Source: Octopus sinensis
Taxonomy: Eukaryota
DNA: 64,000 nucleotides
Assembly: GCF_006345805.1 (NCBI RefSeq)
Contig: NW_021833290.1
Span: 1-64,000 of the forward strand
Reading direction: 5' to 3'
The notes under the pieces were generated by a model. That model saw only the letters and a list, made by a program, of their open reading frames with translations. It was not told the origin of the DNA and ran no database searches. Shown here piece by piece: positions 25,251 to 40,122 of the stretch. The first letter of the stretch is position 1; each line of letters starts with the position of its first letter. Made by a program: the position numbers and the translations under genes.

Positions 25251-26338
25251 ATTCGAGACAAAACCACTATTTTAAAACCAAACAAGGAAAGACTTAATCA
25301 ATACATAAAATTTTAATATAAATTAAATAAACCGCCACTACAAATGTTTCATGTCTGCTCCGACAATCTTCAGGTGGATTTTCGATCTAAAAATAGCAAT
25401 ATTTTAAAATATAATTTAAAATAATTTAAATTAATAAAACAATAAAATTATCAATGAAAGAATGTAAAAAAATAAAAATATAATCTATATATAATCTATA
25501 TATAATCTATATATAATCAATATATAATCTAAAATAATCTAAAATAAACCCTATAAACAATTGAATATAAAAACCTATTATAAAAGTTCTCATATTTAAA
25601 AATGTACAAAAACCAAAACCACAGACATGAAACATTTGTAGTGGCGGTTTATTTAATTTATATTAAAATTTTATGTATTGATTAAGTCTTTCCTTGTTTG
25701 GTTTTAAAATAGTGGTTTTGTCTCGAATTATATTATATAATATTTTACTATAAATTGGATTTAACCCTAAATCTGATTTTTCCCTATTTTGGATTCATTC
25801 CCTAATATTATTATATATATATATATATAATATACATTCGTTTAAAAGCTGCCCTGTTAATCTTGGGGTCCAACAATGACACCATGCATTGAGTACATAT
25901 TAAGTTTCATGAAACATGAATATTTCTCAAGCAATGAACAATTTTCATCAAAGCAATGATATAATTTGTCGACTCGGAACTTATTGCAAAGCTTCATGAT
26001 AAACAACAGTACCACCACCATCGCCACCATATCTGCCATACACACGCCATCCAGACTTCTGACGCCATCACCATCAATACTTTTCATCACTTCCCCCTCC
26101 ACAACCATCACCACTGTCTTTCACATCGCTTTCTATCACTATATTCAAATATAGCTCAGGATTGGATTATCATAGCTAAAATAACCGCATTCAATATGGT
26201 TGAGAACAGAATTAGTTAAGAAGGCTCGAACTACAAGCGGGTGACTAAAAGTTGTCTTAAGAATATATTCGTCCACTAAGAAATCCACATGAAGGCCTTC
26301 ACTCCCTGCATAAATCTTTAAATACACTTTATATATAT

Positions 26339-26399
<61 letters not shown>

Positions 26400-27171
26400 A
26401 TTACCTGGTTGGTTTTAAATTGCGTGTTAGCCACCTTCAATATTTTATAATCTTCACATTGCCATTTTGTGAAATCAGTCCCTAATTCCTATGGCATTCT
26501 CAATGATACTGAGAGGCGTGAGTTAGCCTCCACCAGCCGTAATGGAGTGAGCATTGCTGATGAGTATTAACTTCCTATAAGAGATTACCATGCTAATCTA
26601 ATCCATCTGGCTTACCGTGGGGAATGTTCTCCCCACTGTCAATGCAAACAGACCATATGTCTTTTTGTGGCTAAGGAGTCTATGACTAATATTTTCTAAT
26701 AATGCTGGTGCTCACTGCACTCTTTTCACACTTAGTGACTGTGAATTATTCCTTGTTGGTTTCAAATTGCCGGTAGCCACCACAATTTATATATATACAC
26801 ACCCATATATATGTGTGTATATATATGTGTGTATATATATTGTGTGATGTTATGTATGTATATATATATACATATATATATATACAGCAATTTAATAAAT
26901 AAAACATATGCATACATACATACATATATGTACATACCTACATCTATACGTATATATACATATATATATGAGTACAGGACACTACAAAAAAGCGTAGAAC
27001 ACAACGAAAAACATGAAATCAAACAAGGAAACGGACTCTTTTCAACAACGAAAAAACAGAGTACAAGACAAACAATACAAGGAACATTCCCCTTCTTCAG
27101 CTGCTCCTGTTTCGACTCAATGCGTATATGTATATATATGTATATATATATATATAAATATATATATATAT

Positions 27172-27232
<61 letters not shown>

Positions 27233-27256
27233 GTATGTATGTATATGTATATATGC

Positions 27257-27331
<75 letters not shown>

Positions 27332-30064
27332 CAGTCTCTGTATCTTTATATGGGTTTGTTTGTCCTTTGTATAATAAAACATTGATAAAACTTAAACATT
27401 TCATTGAATGTATGAATTAGTATATTGTGGGTCACAAGTACAACACTGTTGATTATTGTGACGTATAATACATGCGATGATGCCGCTCTGGTAACACACA
27501 CAGAAGAAGCCCTCCAAAGGCTCATTAACTGTTTTGAGCAAGCATGTAACGACTTTGGCTTAGCTATCAGCCTTAAGAAGACCAACATCATGGGTCAGGC
27601 TACATCGGACAAGAGGTGGAGAAGTTTACCTATCTGGGCTCTACCGTCACCTACAACCTATCCCTTGACGCTGAGCTCAATATACGCATTGGCATTGCAA
27701 GGCAGCTGCGCGATGGCCCAACTCTCCAACGGACTTGGGACAACAATAAGCTGACCAAGACCACAAAATAAGATCTACCAGGCATGTGTACTCAGCACTC
27801 TACTGTATGGAAGCGAGACCTGCGCTATACACACGCCAAGAGCGTCGCCTAAACATCTTTCACCTGCGCTGCCTCCGAAAAATCCTCCACATCAAATGGC
27901 AGAATCATATCCCCAACAAAGATGTCCTCAGGCAAGCAGGAATACACAAGCATGTTTGCACTCCTCACACAAAACGTATGAGATGGCTTGGGCTGTTAGC
28001 CGTATGAAAGATGGCAGAATCCCCAAGGACATACTCTAACGGAGAGCTTGCTAGCGGTACCAGGTCTGTGGGTAGCCGATCTTACGTTACAAGGATGTTT
28101 GCAAAAGGGACATGAAGGCCTGCAACATCAACATTAGCGGTTGGGATGCAGTCGCCGGCAACCGTGGAGAATGGCGTCGTACAGTAAAGAGTATACAGAG
28201 GAGTGACAGAAGAGAGAGGAGAAATGGAAAGAAAGGAAGAGACATGAACAAGAGACCATGGCACTACAACCAGCCAGGAACAGTCTTCGCTACATTTGCA
28301 GTACCTGCCAGAGGGAGTGTTTGTCCAGATAGGACTACACAGCCACAGCAAGAAATGTAACAGGAAATAAAATATAACAGCCGGACTAGACCTAGAAAAA
28401 AAAAAAAAATGCGCAACTCCATTGTCTCCCGAGACAGAAAGGATGCCAAACAATACATGCGATAAAATCGAATGTTTGGAACAAAAGCAAATAAATTTGA
28501 ATAAATGTGCTAGAAGCATTTGCTTACCCACAGTCTTCAACTCTAAATGTTCCCGTCACGGTTGAAAGGTCATGCTCCATCTGCAAAAGCCGGATGTATA
28601 TATATATAAATATATTATATATAATATATATATATATATATTATATATATAATATATATATATATATATAATATACATACATTAATGAAAGAAACTGAGT
28701 TTGATTTAAAAGTCGTTGAGATGTATTGAAAAATAGATAAAGAATATTTTATTCTGAAACGCAGGATAATGCTAATGATATAACGTGAACCGGATGAAAT
28801 ATCCATAATTTGCAGAAAAATCTGTCGGCGGCCAGCTATGTGACTACACCTCACACCCCTGTGATTACGCTTTAAGTGCTTTACCATTAAGCTAAACTGC
28901 GCGAACGACAAATACTTCTGCAAAGTTAGGCTATATACATCTAGCTTTATAAGACGCGTAATCTGGCCGCCGACAGAGTTTTCGGCAACAGGTGAATACT
29001 TTATCCTGTTCATGCTATACTATTAGCATCATCCTGCGTTTGAGAATATAATTATATATAAATATATTAGCTTGACACTCGGTAAAGTGGGGGAAATGAG
29101 AGGGTTTTTAATGTTCCGAGCATATCTCTTTTTCAGAAAGGAAAACGAAAATGTTGAGAAGAAAAATATTACCAAAAGGAAGTGTGTGTGTGTGTAAACA
29201 TAAGATTAGTGATATTTTTGAGTAGGATTTTATTTACTGTCAGAATCGGAAATTATATCACGGAATATATTAAGACAAAATAGTGGATAGAACAGTCTTT
29301 TTATTGACCAGCAAAAATTCAGTAAGTTAAAAAAGAAAGTTTTATGTAATAGTTTACTATCAGTAAATGGAGTTGAATGTCTGAATTTCATGAAACCTCA
29401 CTATTTATTTGACGTTTCACATTTCTTCTATAAAATATGCATGTGTGTGTGTGTATGTGTGCGTGAGAGTGTGTATTTGTATGCATGTTGCGCATGTTCA
29501 GTGCATATGTGTGCGCGCATGTGCGTCTGTGTACGGAGAAAGAGAGAGAGAGGGCAGATATCTACTCACGGCTCTTGATATGTTCTCAGCGGGGATTTTA
29601 TATTCGTTGAACTTTTTAAAATCAAACGAAATACGAGGGATTTGGTCCAGCCTATGGATTGATATAGAAAATAATCTCTGCTTTTATAAATGAGACACAC
29701 GTCATAGATGCACATAAAACCCACATACGTAGATAAAAATATACATTTATAATCACATATACACTTAAAATACTATATATATATATATATTATTCTTATT
29801 CTACCTATTATATACGTTTTTTATTATTATTATTATTATTTGCAATTTACTTAAGCATTGACATTTAATTATTATTTATTTTTTATATTTCTATTATATG
29901 TAATTTTCTAGATGGTGTAATTTAATTGTTCATTTTGAATTGATAAAAAGTGTTTTTTTTTATTTTATTTTTTATATACAATCTTATAATGTGTGAAATT
30001 TGATTTAGTATTTCTAATTTAATTTTTCCCTTGTAAGTTTGGATTTTATTCACTCAAATAATAT

Positions 30065-30142
<78 letters not shown>

Positions 30143-33100
30143 TTATCATTCTTCCCTTCTTCCTGTCGCTCTCTTCGTGTATCGGCTATCAATGCCTGCA
30201 CGTGGATGATTGGTTCCATACATCGTTAGGACCTTTCTTGACTTCCTGTCCAACTCCTTTAGCTTCTCCTCCGTCCACTTCAGTTTTCCAGCATCATTCC
30301 GAACTACTGCTACTGACTGCGTGCGAGTTTATCGCCGAAATTATGTTCCAGGCATTCAGCTTTCTAACCAATTTTTGCTCACTCGCCAAAAGTGCTCTCT
30401 TTTACTCTTTTCCTTCATGTCGTGGTGTTTATTTCCATCTGTGAGTGTGTGTGTGTGTTAGAGAGAGAGAGGGGGGGAGAGGGAGAGAGGGAGAGAGAGC
30501 ATTGCAAACAGTATATATATACACACACACGTATACACATCAAAATATTTTCCCGTATATTAATTACTATAAATATTCTTATTAACTATCAATTTGTAAT
30601 AAACTTGTTAGTGTTTATTTAGACAATAAATAACACTTACCAATGAAATCATTCTGTTACACAAGTGTCCGACGCAACAACCAGTACAAGACGTGCCATT
30701 CGTCCGTTTATTGCATGTAAGGGTATTGTTTCTCATAGCTTCAACACATTTTCTGTATGTGCTGCAGGACCTTTCAGTCTTCAGTTTAGCACCGTTCATT
30801 GATATTGCGAATCGGCATACAGGCTGTAATAATAGATATGAAAATTATACACTACAACAACAATATTTATTAGGACGATTACTGCTAATTACAGCAACAA
30901 CAACAGAAACAACACCACTGGGGATGTTTACCATGCAAGTAAGTTTAATCATTGCTTTAAAATACCCAAAAGCAATAAATGAAACCGTAAAAGAGTTGCC
31001 GAATTGTTGAAAGTTAACAGCATAAGTAAAATTCCGTAAAAGTTATTGCTATTTAGTATTCAAAAATCATGTTTTAAATGCTTACAGTGTCCAAACCTCT
31101 CGGATCACAAGGAGATATGGCCATCGGATCACGGTCTGTATCAAAACCGCATCGCACTGTCACCCATTGCCCAACTTAAAATAGGTTAAATTATCCTAAT
31201 AAAGATGTATCAATTCTCTAAAATTTCTTCTTACTGGAGGAATGCTCAAGAGGAATTTTTCATATAAAATTTACGGAAAATCATGCGTACAAAACTCACC
31301 AACAAGAGAAACTAATATGCCTTTACCCAAAGATGAAAATGAAATATAATTGTCAGATTGAACTCCTCAGTCCAAGCAAATAAAACAGAAAATACATAAA
31401 ACGAACACAAGAGAAACTTCGTTTTATTTTGCAAGTATATTTTATATGAAAATACGGTATATTAGTATAAAATTTGGAGAGAAAACAACCAAGGTCTTGT
31501 TAACTTAATAAGGGACATTCTGAAAACGAAAAATATCAGAAATGGAGAAGAATATTTAAGAAAAGAATCCATCACGAAAACGCAATTAATAATCGCAAAC
31601 ACCTAACAATAATAAAAGCAATGAAAATGTAGACATTGAAGTTAGAAATAAGATTTGCATTGCCTTAGTTTGAAATTGAAACTTGTTTCTTCCAATGTTG
31701 GAAAAGTTTTAGAAAGAAAATTGGATCTCCCAAACTGAGTGAGGATGTCATGAAAAAATAACCAATGATAGTGTCCGAAGGCTGGCGTCTTCAAAAGAGC
31801 CAATGGAGTCGGTGATTGCAAATGAATGAATCATTACATAAGCTAACTCAGCTTCAAGAAAACAGAAAGGTCTGAGATCAGAACAGACAATGAAACAGGC
31901 AACAGATTGCAGCCATGCTCTTATGTCACGCTCTATTCTCCTATATTCTCGTAATGTGAAGCATTGATCTGTGACATTACCGGTGTCTTTTATTGTTTCT
32001 CTTGTGTTTCTTTCACCAATGTACAACTGTGTATTCAGAGATATGCCTGACAATTTTAATTTGTGTTTTAGCTGCGTTTTAAAGTTATAGGTTTTACCTT
32101 TCTGTGAAACAATATGACCCCCACCTATTATGTTCTGGAGAGCTTATTGTACTACTTGATGTGAGGGAAGATTTAATCTGTTTCGAATATTTCATAACCT
32201 CGTATATCAAACAACCTCTTTTGCTATGGCCAGCAGATGAAGGAAAAGTCTCATTTGCTTCTTAACTTATTCAATCCGCTCCCTGTAATGTTTGCGAACT
32301 GGTAGGGCCAGGTTCGACTTCCAGTTACCCCTCTAAGGTTGGTGACCCGAGGTCATTCGACAAGGAACCTTGATTCCAAGTTGACTTATAGCCACATACA
32401 TTCATGCATCCTACTCTAAGGACAGCCATGTTTGTCGGAGAAAGGTCACTCTAAGTTCGTGTGTTCGTTTCTTGAATAGGTATTCCTGGACAGGGTAGAA
32501 CGTTGCGTCCTTGAACAAGGCACTTCATTTCACTTTGTCCCAGTCTAATCAAGTGAAATGTGTCCCAACCTAGTGATGTTCATCTATTTCTTCTCTTCAA
32601 TCGTCACATCCTTCTCGTCCCATTGAGTCATGAATAAGAAGATCGACAGGGTGTGTGTATGTCTACGCAGGCGCATAAAAAAAACTAGCGAAAGCATAGT
32701 ACAATCTATGTGGCCTTAATGGCTTTCGAGTGACGGTTGTGGATATATTTTAACGAAAAGGAAGAAAGTAATATTCCAGTTTACCTCTGTTCCTGGACAG
32801 CTTGTCACTTCATTCATTGCATTTAATTCCTGAACATGTTTGACACTGTAAATTCCGTTGAAATAACGAGTAATCTACAGAATACAAGTAAATATCTGTA
32901 TTTATGAACCAAATAATGCAATGCATAGCAATAACAAGAAATATTTTCTTTCAGATGTAAAAACAAATGTATGCGTGTTAGTATTGAATCAATACATGTT
33001 AGACATATAAAGCAAATTATTAACAAAGACTATAAACCTATTTTCATGTTCATTCGGAAACGTTTCAATAATGTCACAAATTCAACTGAGAGAAGCATGA

Positions 33101-33443
33101 AAGCCACTTGTTGTCCTTTTAGTATTCTGATGTAACAAACACGTGAAAATCGTTGAACAAGTCAAATAAAGGGATTAAATTTGTAAGTTGCAACCATTGA
33201 TGCAGTGGGAACTCCCTAATGAAACCTGAGAATCTCATTTAAGTTATGCTGCAATGTCATATAGTATGTGAAGAAGGCCATAATATGTGAAGTGAGCAAA
33301 ACAATATTTGGATAAACAATAAAAATTATGATCACTAATATTGTGCTTTTTCCAATATACACACATTTATGTATGTATGTATGTATGTATGTATGTATGT
33401 ATGTATGTATGTATGTATGTATGTATGTATGTATGTATGTATG

Positions 33444-33475
<32 letters not shown>

Positions 33476-36400
33476 GGTTTTAGTTGCCAATCCTGTAAAA
33501 TACATTGTAGATATTTAGCTGGGCTAAAAAGTCACATTCGATCACAGCACCAGTAACAGTTAAGCTTCGTCCAATGGCCATACTCGGTAACAAGGGGGCA
33601 GCCATAATAATACATGTATGTATTATGTATGTATGTATGTCATTATTCACTGTTATTTCAAGATTTCTTGGCAATAGAGAAGGAGAGAGTTTCTATCCTA
33701 CACCTACGGCTCCTTCATTGGAATTTCAACAACATCAATATTGCCATCATCTCGGAACTTTCTACCAACATATCCATGCATAGTCTCCTGTTTATAGATA
33801 CTCATCTGTTCATCTAATGATACGTTGCGGTAGAGTCGTGCGACATCTTTGAGCATGTATTCTGTTATCAGATAAGGAATGTTGCTCAAGGAGCTGCCTT
33901 CCAAGTCATATGAATTATGCAAACTTGGTCAAAGGATGCACTTTGACATTTGTGGTTATAAGATGTTACCGAAAGGATATGATACGACATTCAAAGACAT
34001 TTTGCATCGATGTTAAGCCCCTGCCGCCTTGTTTTCGTTTTAAGGAGAGGGGGTCTACTTTACCGTTTATGTGGAAATTATGTGTACTTGTCAGTATTTT
34101 CCGGGTTTTCACATAAACAGCTCGGATCTCATCAAGTGACCAATAAAACAGCCCAAATGTCAGTATGAGTACTTGCACAGCAAACACGTTTGTGGGCAAT
34201 GTTTTATTGAATGCATAGATTTCTGAGGTCGAAATTTTATTTATTCAGCTGTAATGTTCTTTGTTTATACTTTAATGACACCTGTAAGTTAATGGTACCT
34301 GTAAAAAAGCACTTGTTTTGTTACAGGTGCTGTTATGAGATATATTTTCAACCACCCCTAGATATCTGTAACATTCCTCTTCAGATATAGGGGAAACTGT
34401 CAGGTCATTGATGGCGATGTTGCTAGTCTGGTTTACATTTTTCGCCCTTTTCACAACCATATAACATTTATCCTGAACAAACGCCAACCCACATTTTTTG
34501 AGAATGTTGTAACTTGGTCAAGGCTCTTTTTCATCTCATCCATATTCTTTGCATAAAGTTTTTAAGTCATTCACAAAGAAACAGCGTTCAATTTTGTAAT
34601 TTCTGTTTCCTTTTGAACCAATGAGATATCCTTAACATGAATGACATGAGGTTTACAGAAAGTATAAACAACATCATAACGAGGTTGTCCCCTTGGAATA
34701 TGCCTTTGCGATATTGTATTCTGTCAGTGATAATAGTCACTCTTTGTGTTTAATTTCATGATGGTGGCTCACAATGGAATCAGGTCAGCTATGGCTTTGA
34801 TTATGCCTCACTGGAAATTTACCAAGCTGAAGGACTTCTAGCATCCATGAGTGTGTATGTATGTACGTATGTACGTATGTATGTATGTATGTATGTATGT
34901 ATGTATGTATGTATGTATGTATGTATGTATGTATGTACGTATGTATGTGTATGTACGTATGTATGTATGTATATCTGTATGTATGTATGTATGTATATGT
35001 ATGTATGTATGTATGTATGTCCGTATGTGAAAATGTATGTATGTATGTGTGTGCGTATGTACATACATATACATACTGACTCATATATTTTCTCGAGTGA
35101 TGTGCTTCATCGGACTCCATTTTAAGTCTGTCATTTGGAACCTTCGCTGTTTATGCCGGATTCTTCTCTGTTGTAAACAATCAAGGCTGGTCTTTGGTTT
35201 CAGGATATCTTCCTACTTTCCCCCAACCAATCACAGCAGCCTTCTGAATGATCATGAGCATTGACTGTCTTCCTGGCTAAGCGCTAAATATATACTTTAC
35301 CTCTCTACTTTACTCTCTCTACTTTTTCTTCTCTCTCTCTCTCCTCCGCAGCATCACTCTTACCAACCCACATCCTCACATTATTTGTCCCTCCGCCCAC
35401 ATTTACACTTTATACACACTTCACACGCTAGACCACAGTTTCTACCTACACATCTCACTTCGGTAGCACAGTTACTCTCTGCACACTTTATTACACACAA
35501 AGACAAACACACACACACACACACATACACACACTTGTCCCATTGGATATTCTACATTTGACACACACATACAAATGCATACACACTCGTACATAGACTC
35601 ATACATATTCCCTCACGCCACTCACTCTTCAAACACATACACACCTCACACACACATACCCATACTCACAAGTGCTGCCCTCACACATTCACTTTTGCAC
35701 CCAACGTTTTGCTTTGTATCTCTAAACCACTCACTTCTCTCTCTCTCCCTCCTCCTCCTCCTCCTTTTTCCTCCCACTACTGCTTGGCTCCTACTAACAG
35801 TTTACCTCCCCTATACGCACACATACCGCACCCTTCTTCTCTCCCTTTCCATTCGTGTTCACTCTTCTTCGAATAAAACCACTTTTGCTCTTCTCTCCTT
35901 CTTTCGTCAGCCATTTTCTGTCTCTCACTTAACCCATGTGTACCAACCCTTTGCTTGTACAGTTTACATTATTTGACCTTCATGAAGTGTGCCATCTTTT
36001 TCAGACAATTTACATTACTGAATGTTTTGCCTGCATTTTGCCCTTTCTTGTCTTGGTATTTGATCTTCTGAAGCAACTTTTCTCTCTTATTCGATTTTTA
36101 TCCTATAGATTCTACTGCAACTGTCCATGTCACGTCTTGCTGACTTTACAGTGTTCCCAGAGCATTGAACAGCAGTGATGGTGTCTGAATTGTGGTAACC
36201 GTCATGAATTATCATGAATACAGGTTTCTCTCTTCCAATATTTAGATGGCTTTCAAGGCGGCAAGCTGGCAGAAACGTTAACACACCGGGCGCAAAGCTT
36301 AGCAGTATTTCGTCTGTTTTTTCACGTTCTGTGTTCAAATTCCACAGAGGTCGACTTTGCTTTTATCCTTTCGGGGTAGCAGTTGCGTACTGGGGTCGAT

Positions 36401-39032
36401 CCAATCGACTGGCCCTCTCCCCACAAATTTCATGCCTTGTGCCTAGCGGAGCAAAGAATATTTAGATGGCTTCCAGTCCGCCATATCAGCTTTTTTCTCA
36501 GCTACAACTTTATGCTCTCTAACGCCTTTGCTTACCAATACACTACGTTTTCCTTAATATAATGGGACATAAAATCGTTATATTTAATACCGACACTCTG
36601 TATATCCATCCATCTACCATCTTCAACGCTCATTATTCCTGGGAGGGTCATGAGGACATCTGGTGCCTCAGGTACCTCCTGCATAGGGTACTATCAGAGG
36701 CAACTGCCAATACGCATACTGATTGGATTCTCAAGCATGACCAAATGAGGCTATGGATATTTTCTAGCTATCACTTTTTGGTGGTCTAACTCTACATTCC
36801 CTGCTGTTTTTCATCATTTTAAAGAATCGATCTTGCGATTTTGTCATGTGACATCCTAATCGCATGTCCGCATTACCGGAAATGTAGTGGCACAATACGG
36901 AAAAGTACCGACCTGATCTGGAGAGACTCCCTCATCTCCAAGGTACACACTGTGTCGAGTAAGCTACTCCAGTTTTTTCGGAGGAATCCCATTTCGTCGG
37001 CCGCTTCTCTGTTTGAGATCAGACTCTTTCAGTCGTTAGCCAATATTCATGACAACAGATGAGAATGGGCACGAAACCCAAACTGAAGATAGTGTGTTTG
37101 GCTTTGTTACCAAGTTGTCCTCTTCTGGGGATCGAATACTGGAACATTTTTTTGTATCTCGGGAGGGTCATTAAGCCAATAAAAAACACACGTACTGGTT
37201 CTATTTCACTCATTCATTATTCGTCACTTTGTTAACAATTTGTTAACGAATTAACTAAATGAATGTTTGATTAACCGTTTGGTTAACCTATCAACCAGTT
37301 ATGGTTGTTAGCGACATTTTGTTGTGTGTGTGTGTGTGTGTGTGCTGTTGATGGTTTGTGTGATACAGTTGAATCTATAAGTTCGTTAGAGAGAAGATGT
37401 GAATGTAAAGCGTGCGAATGGTAAAACGTTTATTCCTCATATCTTTATCTATAGTTTCCCTTTCATAAGACATGATATTGCAAGCTTCAGAGAATAACCC
37501 GGATTTTCTTAGTATTAATAATAAAAGAAAAGAAGAAACGAGAATTTTACTTACTTTGACATTGCGAATAATCCAGTATAGGTATTCGTTTCCCTGAGCC
37601 TTCCTGACACGTGCCAGAGACAGCAACAGTTCTGTTATAGACTTTTTTAATATACTTAACGAAGGCTGGCAAGTGACATCCACACTTCATAAGGTTATTG
37701 TTTTCGAGGTAACTGTAATAATAAAGAGAACTCTGAATGCGTTTCAGATCAACAGAGAAATTCCTATGTGATTTGACAAGAAACAAAGATTATAAAATTT
37801 GAGCAGGTTTATAAACGCTATGGCATTCATTTTTTTAAGTGTTGTTAATAACATCAATATTGCGAAATGGTTTCTAGTAGAAAGTGGAAGCACTAAGGTT
37901 CTTTTCTCTTTTAGCTTAGATATTGAATAATAAAGTACCTTAAATAAGATTACTAGCCACTTGAAACGATTCTATTTTATTGTAGTTTAGGGACATTTTA
38001 GTGTCGGGAATTTGGTGGTAGGGATCTTGCGCCGCTCTGTCTGAGAAAACTCGTTTAGATGGGCGGTTTTGGCGCTAAGAAGGTCGTGTTTATTCTATGT
38101 AGCAACTGGTTTTAAAACTAGAGACGTACCAGCGCAGAAACTGAGAGATTACAGTGTTGTACATTTTATAGCTTCAGCGGTACAGACATGTATAGTAATA
38201 CTCCTAATTAAGAAGGGGAAAATTAATATTCAATTTTGATATATCAATTTGAATATTTTCAGTCAATAATAAATCTCTGATCGAGATGTAAACAGTAACC
38301 GCTCGACAACGTAAAGTATAATAGCCATCTCAATATGGCTAACCACTAAGGGTGGGTGTTACTATAGCTTTTAACCCCAGGAGATCATCGTCAACGCAGG
38401 GTATTCACCGGATTCCGATCGTAAACCGGTGATTACCGTGCGTTGACAAGAGGCAAATACCTCGAAACTGCGGTCCGTGCGTATCACTTAGGCTTATGAG
38501 AGAGGGATGACCTCCCTTTGCAAATACCATAAGGGCACAGATAGTGTGCCTAAAGCCAGCTGGAGACGATGATCTCCTGGGGTTACAAGCTACAGTAACA
38601 CCCACCGTTAGTGGTTAGCCATATTGAGATGGATATTATACAATATTTTCAGTGTTTTTAAAAAAGAGCAACAGCAAGAACAACAGCAACAACATCAACA
38701 AAAATACAACAAAAACAACAACAACAACAAAAACAACAAAACAATAATAATAATAATTACACAACCATGACTATTTGAAGTGAGAAATAGAAGGTTGTTG
38801 ACAATGAAGAGAGTAGAGGTGATACCAGTAGTAATTGGTACATTTGGAAGTATTAGCACTCAACTCCCAGCATGACTGAAAACAATTGGTACAAGTGTGA
38901 AGGTAGAACACCTAAAAGAAATCAGTATTGCTTGGAACGCAAGAATTCTTCGTAGGGTTCTTGAAGTATAAACAGTAAACAAGTACACTTTCCATCAAAC
39001 CCAGAAAAGTAAGCTGTGAGTTTTCATATGAT

Positions 39033-39065
<33 letters not shown>

Positions 39066-40081
39066 ATATGATGGTGATGATTATGATGGTGATGGTGATG
39101 ATAATGATGATGATGATGATTATGATGGTGATGATTATGATGATGATGGAGGTGATGATGATGATGATGATGTTGATGATGATGAGGAGGAGGAATACAT
39201 TCTTTAAATGAGAATGCATGGACAGTTTGAAAAGAATAAACAGGATGTTAAGGATAATACAGCATCGTGGGCATGGCTTGAGCGAAGTGATTTGAAGCGT
39301 ACCACTGAAAGCCTGATCATTGTTGCATAAGACCAGGCTCTCGCTGCCTCATTGGTCTGTCTCATTCGCTGTGTATTGACCAAAACCAAATAATCCATTG
39401 ATGAGGAGGTCATCCGATAATCCCTAAAGCCAAAAACCTCTCAGTTCAATTGTCTTATGTCTGAGTAGAAATTAGAGGGAAAATGAATAAAAGAAGGTTT
39501 AACCTTCTCATTTGACCATTCACATGCAATCATAGACATCTTCATACACATTCAAGCATGAATATGGTAGTAGAAAGTAAAGTTAGAGTTACAGAGAGAG
39601 AGAGAGAGAGAGATGGGGGTATGAATGTAATCCATTCACACCACTCTGTACTACAAACTGCAGTAGATTTATTAGAGAGGAGAAATGAGAAAATGATAAT
39701 TGAAAATACAGATACCAAATAAAATTAGGTAGGATGTGGTTAGAGAATATATAAATGGCATACTAGATTTAGAGGATATTCTAGATATAGATGATATGCT
39801 ATTGAATTATTGAATATGATTTTCAGAAGAGAATATTCTGAACCTTTTAGGAATTTTGCTACATCGTAATGCAATTCTATAATGTTCTGATAAATACAAT
39901 TTTGAAATAGTCTGCTTGTATACCTCCCAACCTCTAATACTGCGCAAACGTTGTTAGTTTTTTACTATTTGTCTCCCTTAAAAGGTTCTCCATTCCAAGC
40001 AGTGTGGTTAAGCTTTAATAGGGATAGGATCGTGTTAAATTTCCCTCTCTTTCTTTACCTCTCCACACACACGTGTATATA

Positions 40082-40122
<41 letters not shown>

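Larger units (their letters stand above)
24080..30510. repeat. Local segmental duplication, copy 2
   Basis: See copy 1. Confidence 0.88.

Noticed and set aside
31981-32046. Possible exon [22 protein letters not shown] (phase 1-1)
   Set aside because: Weak polypyrimidine tract, no domain motif, and phase incompatible with the corrected upstream exon.
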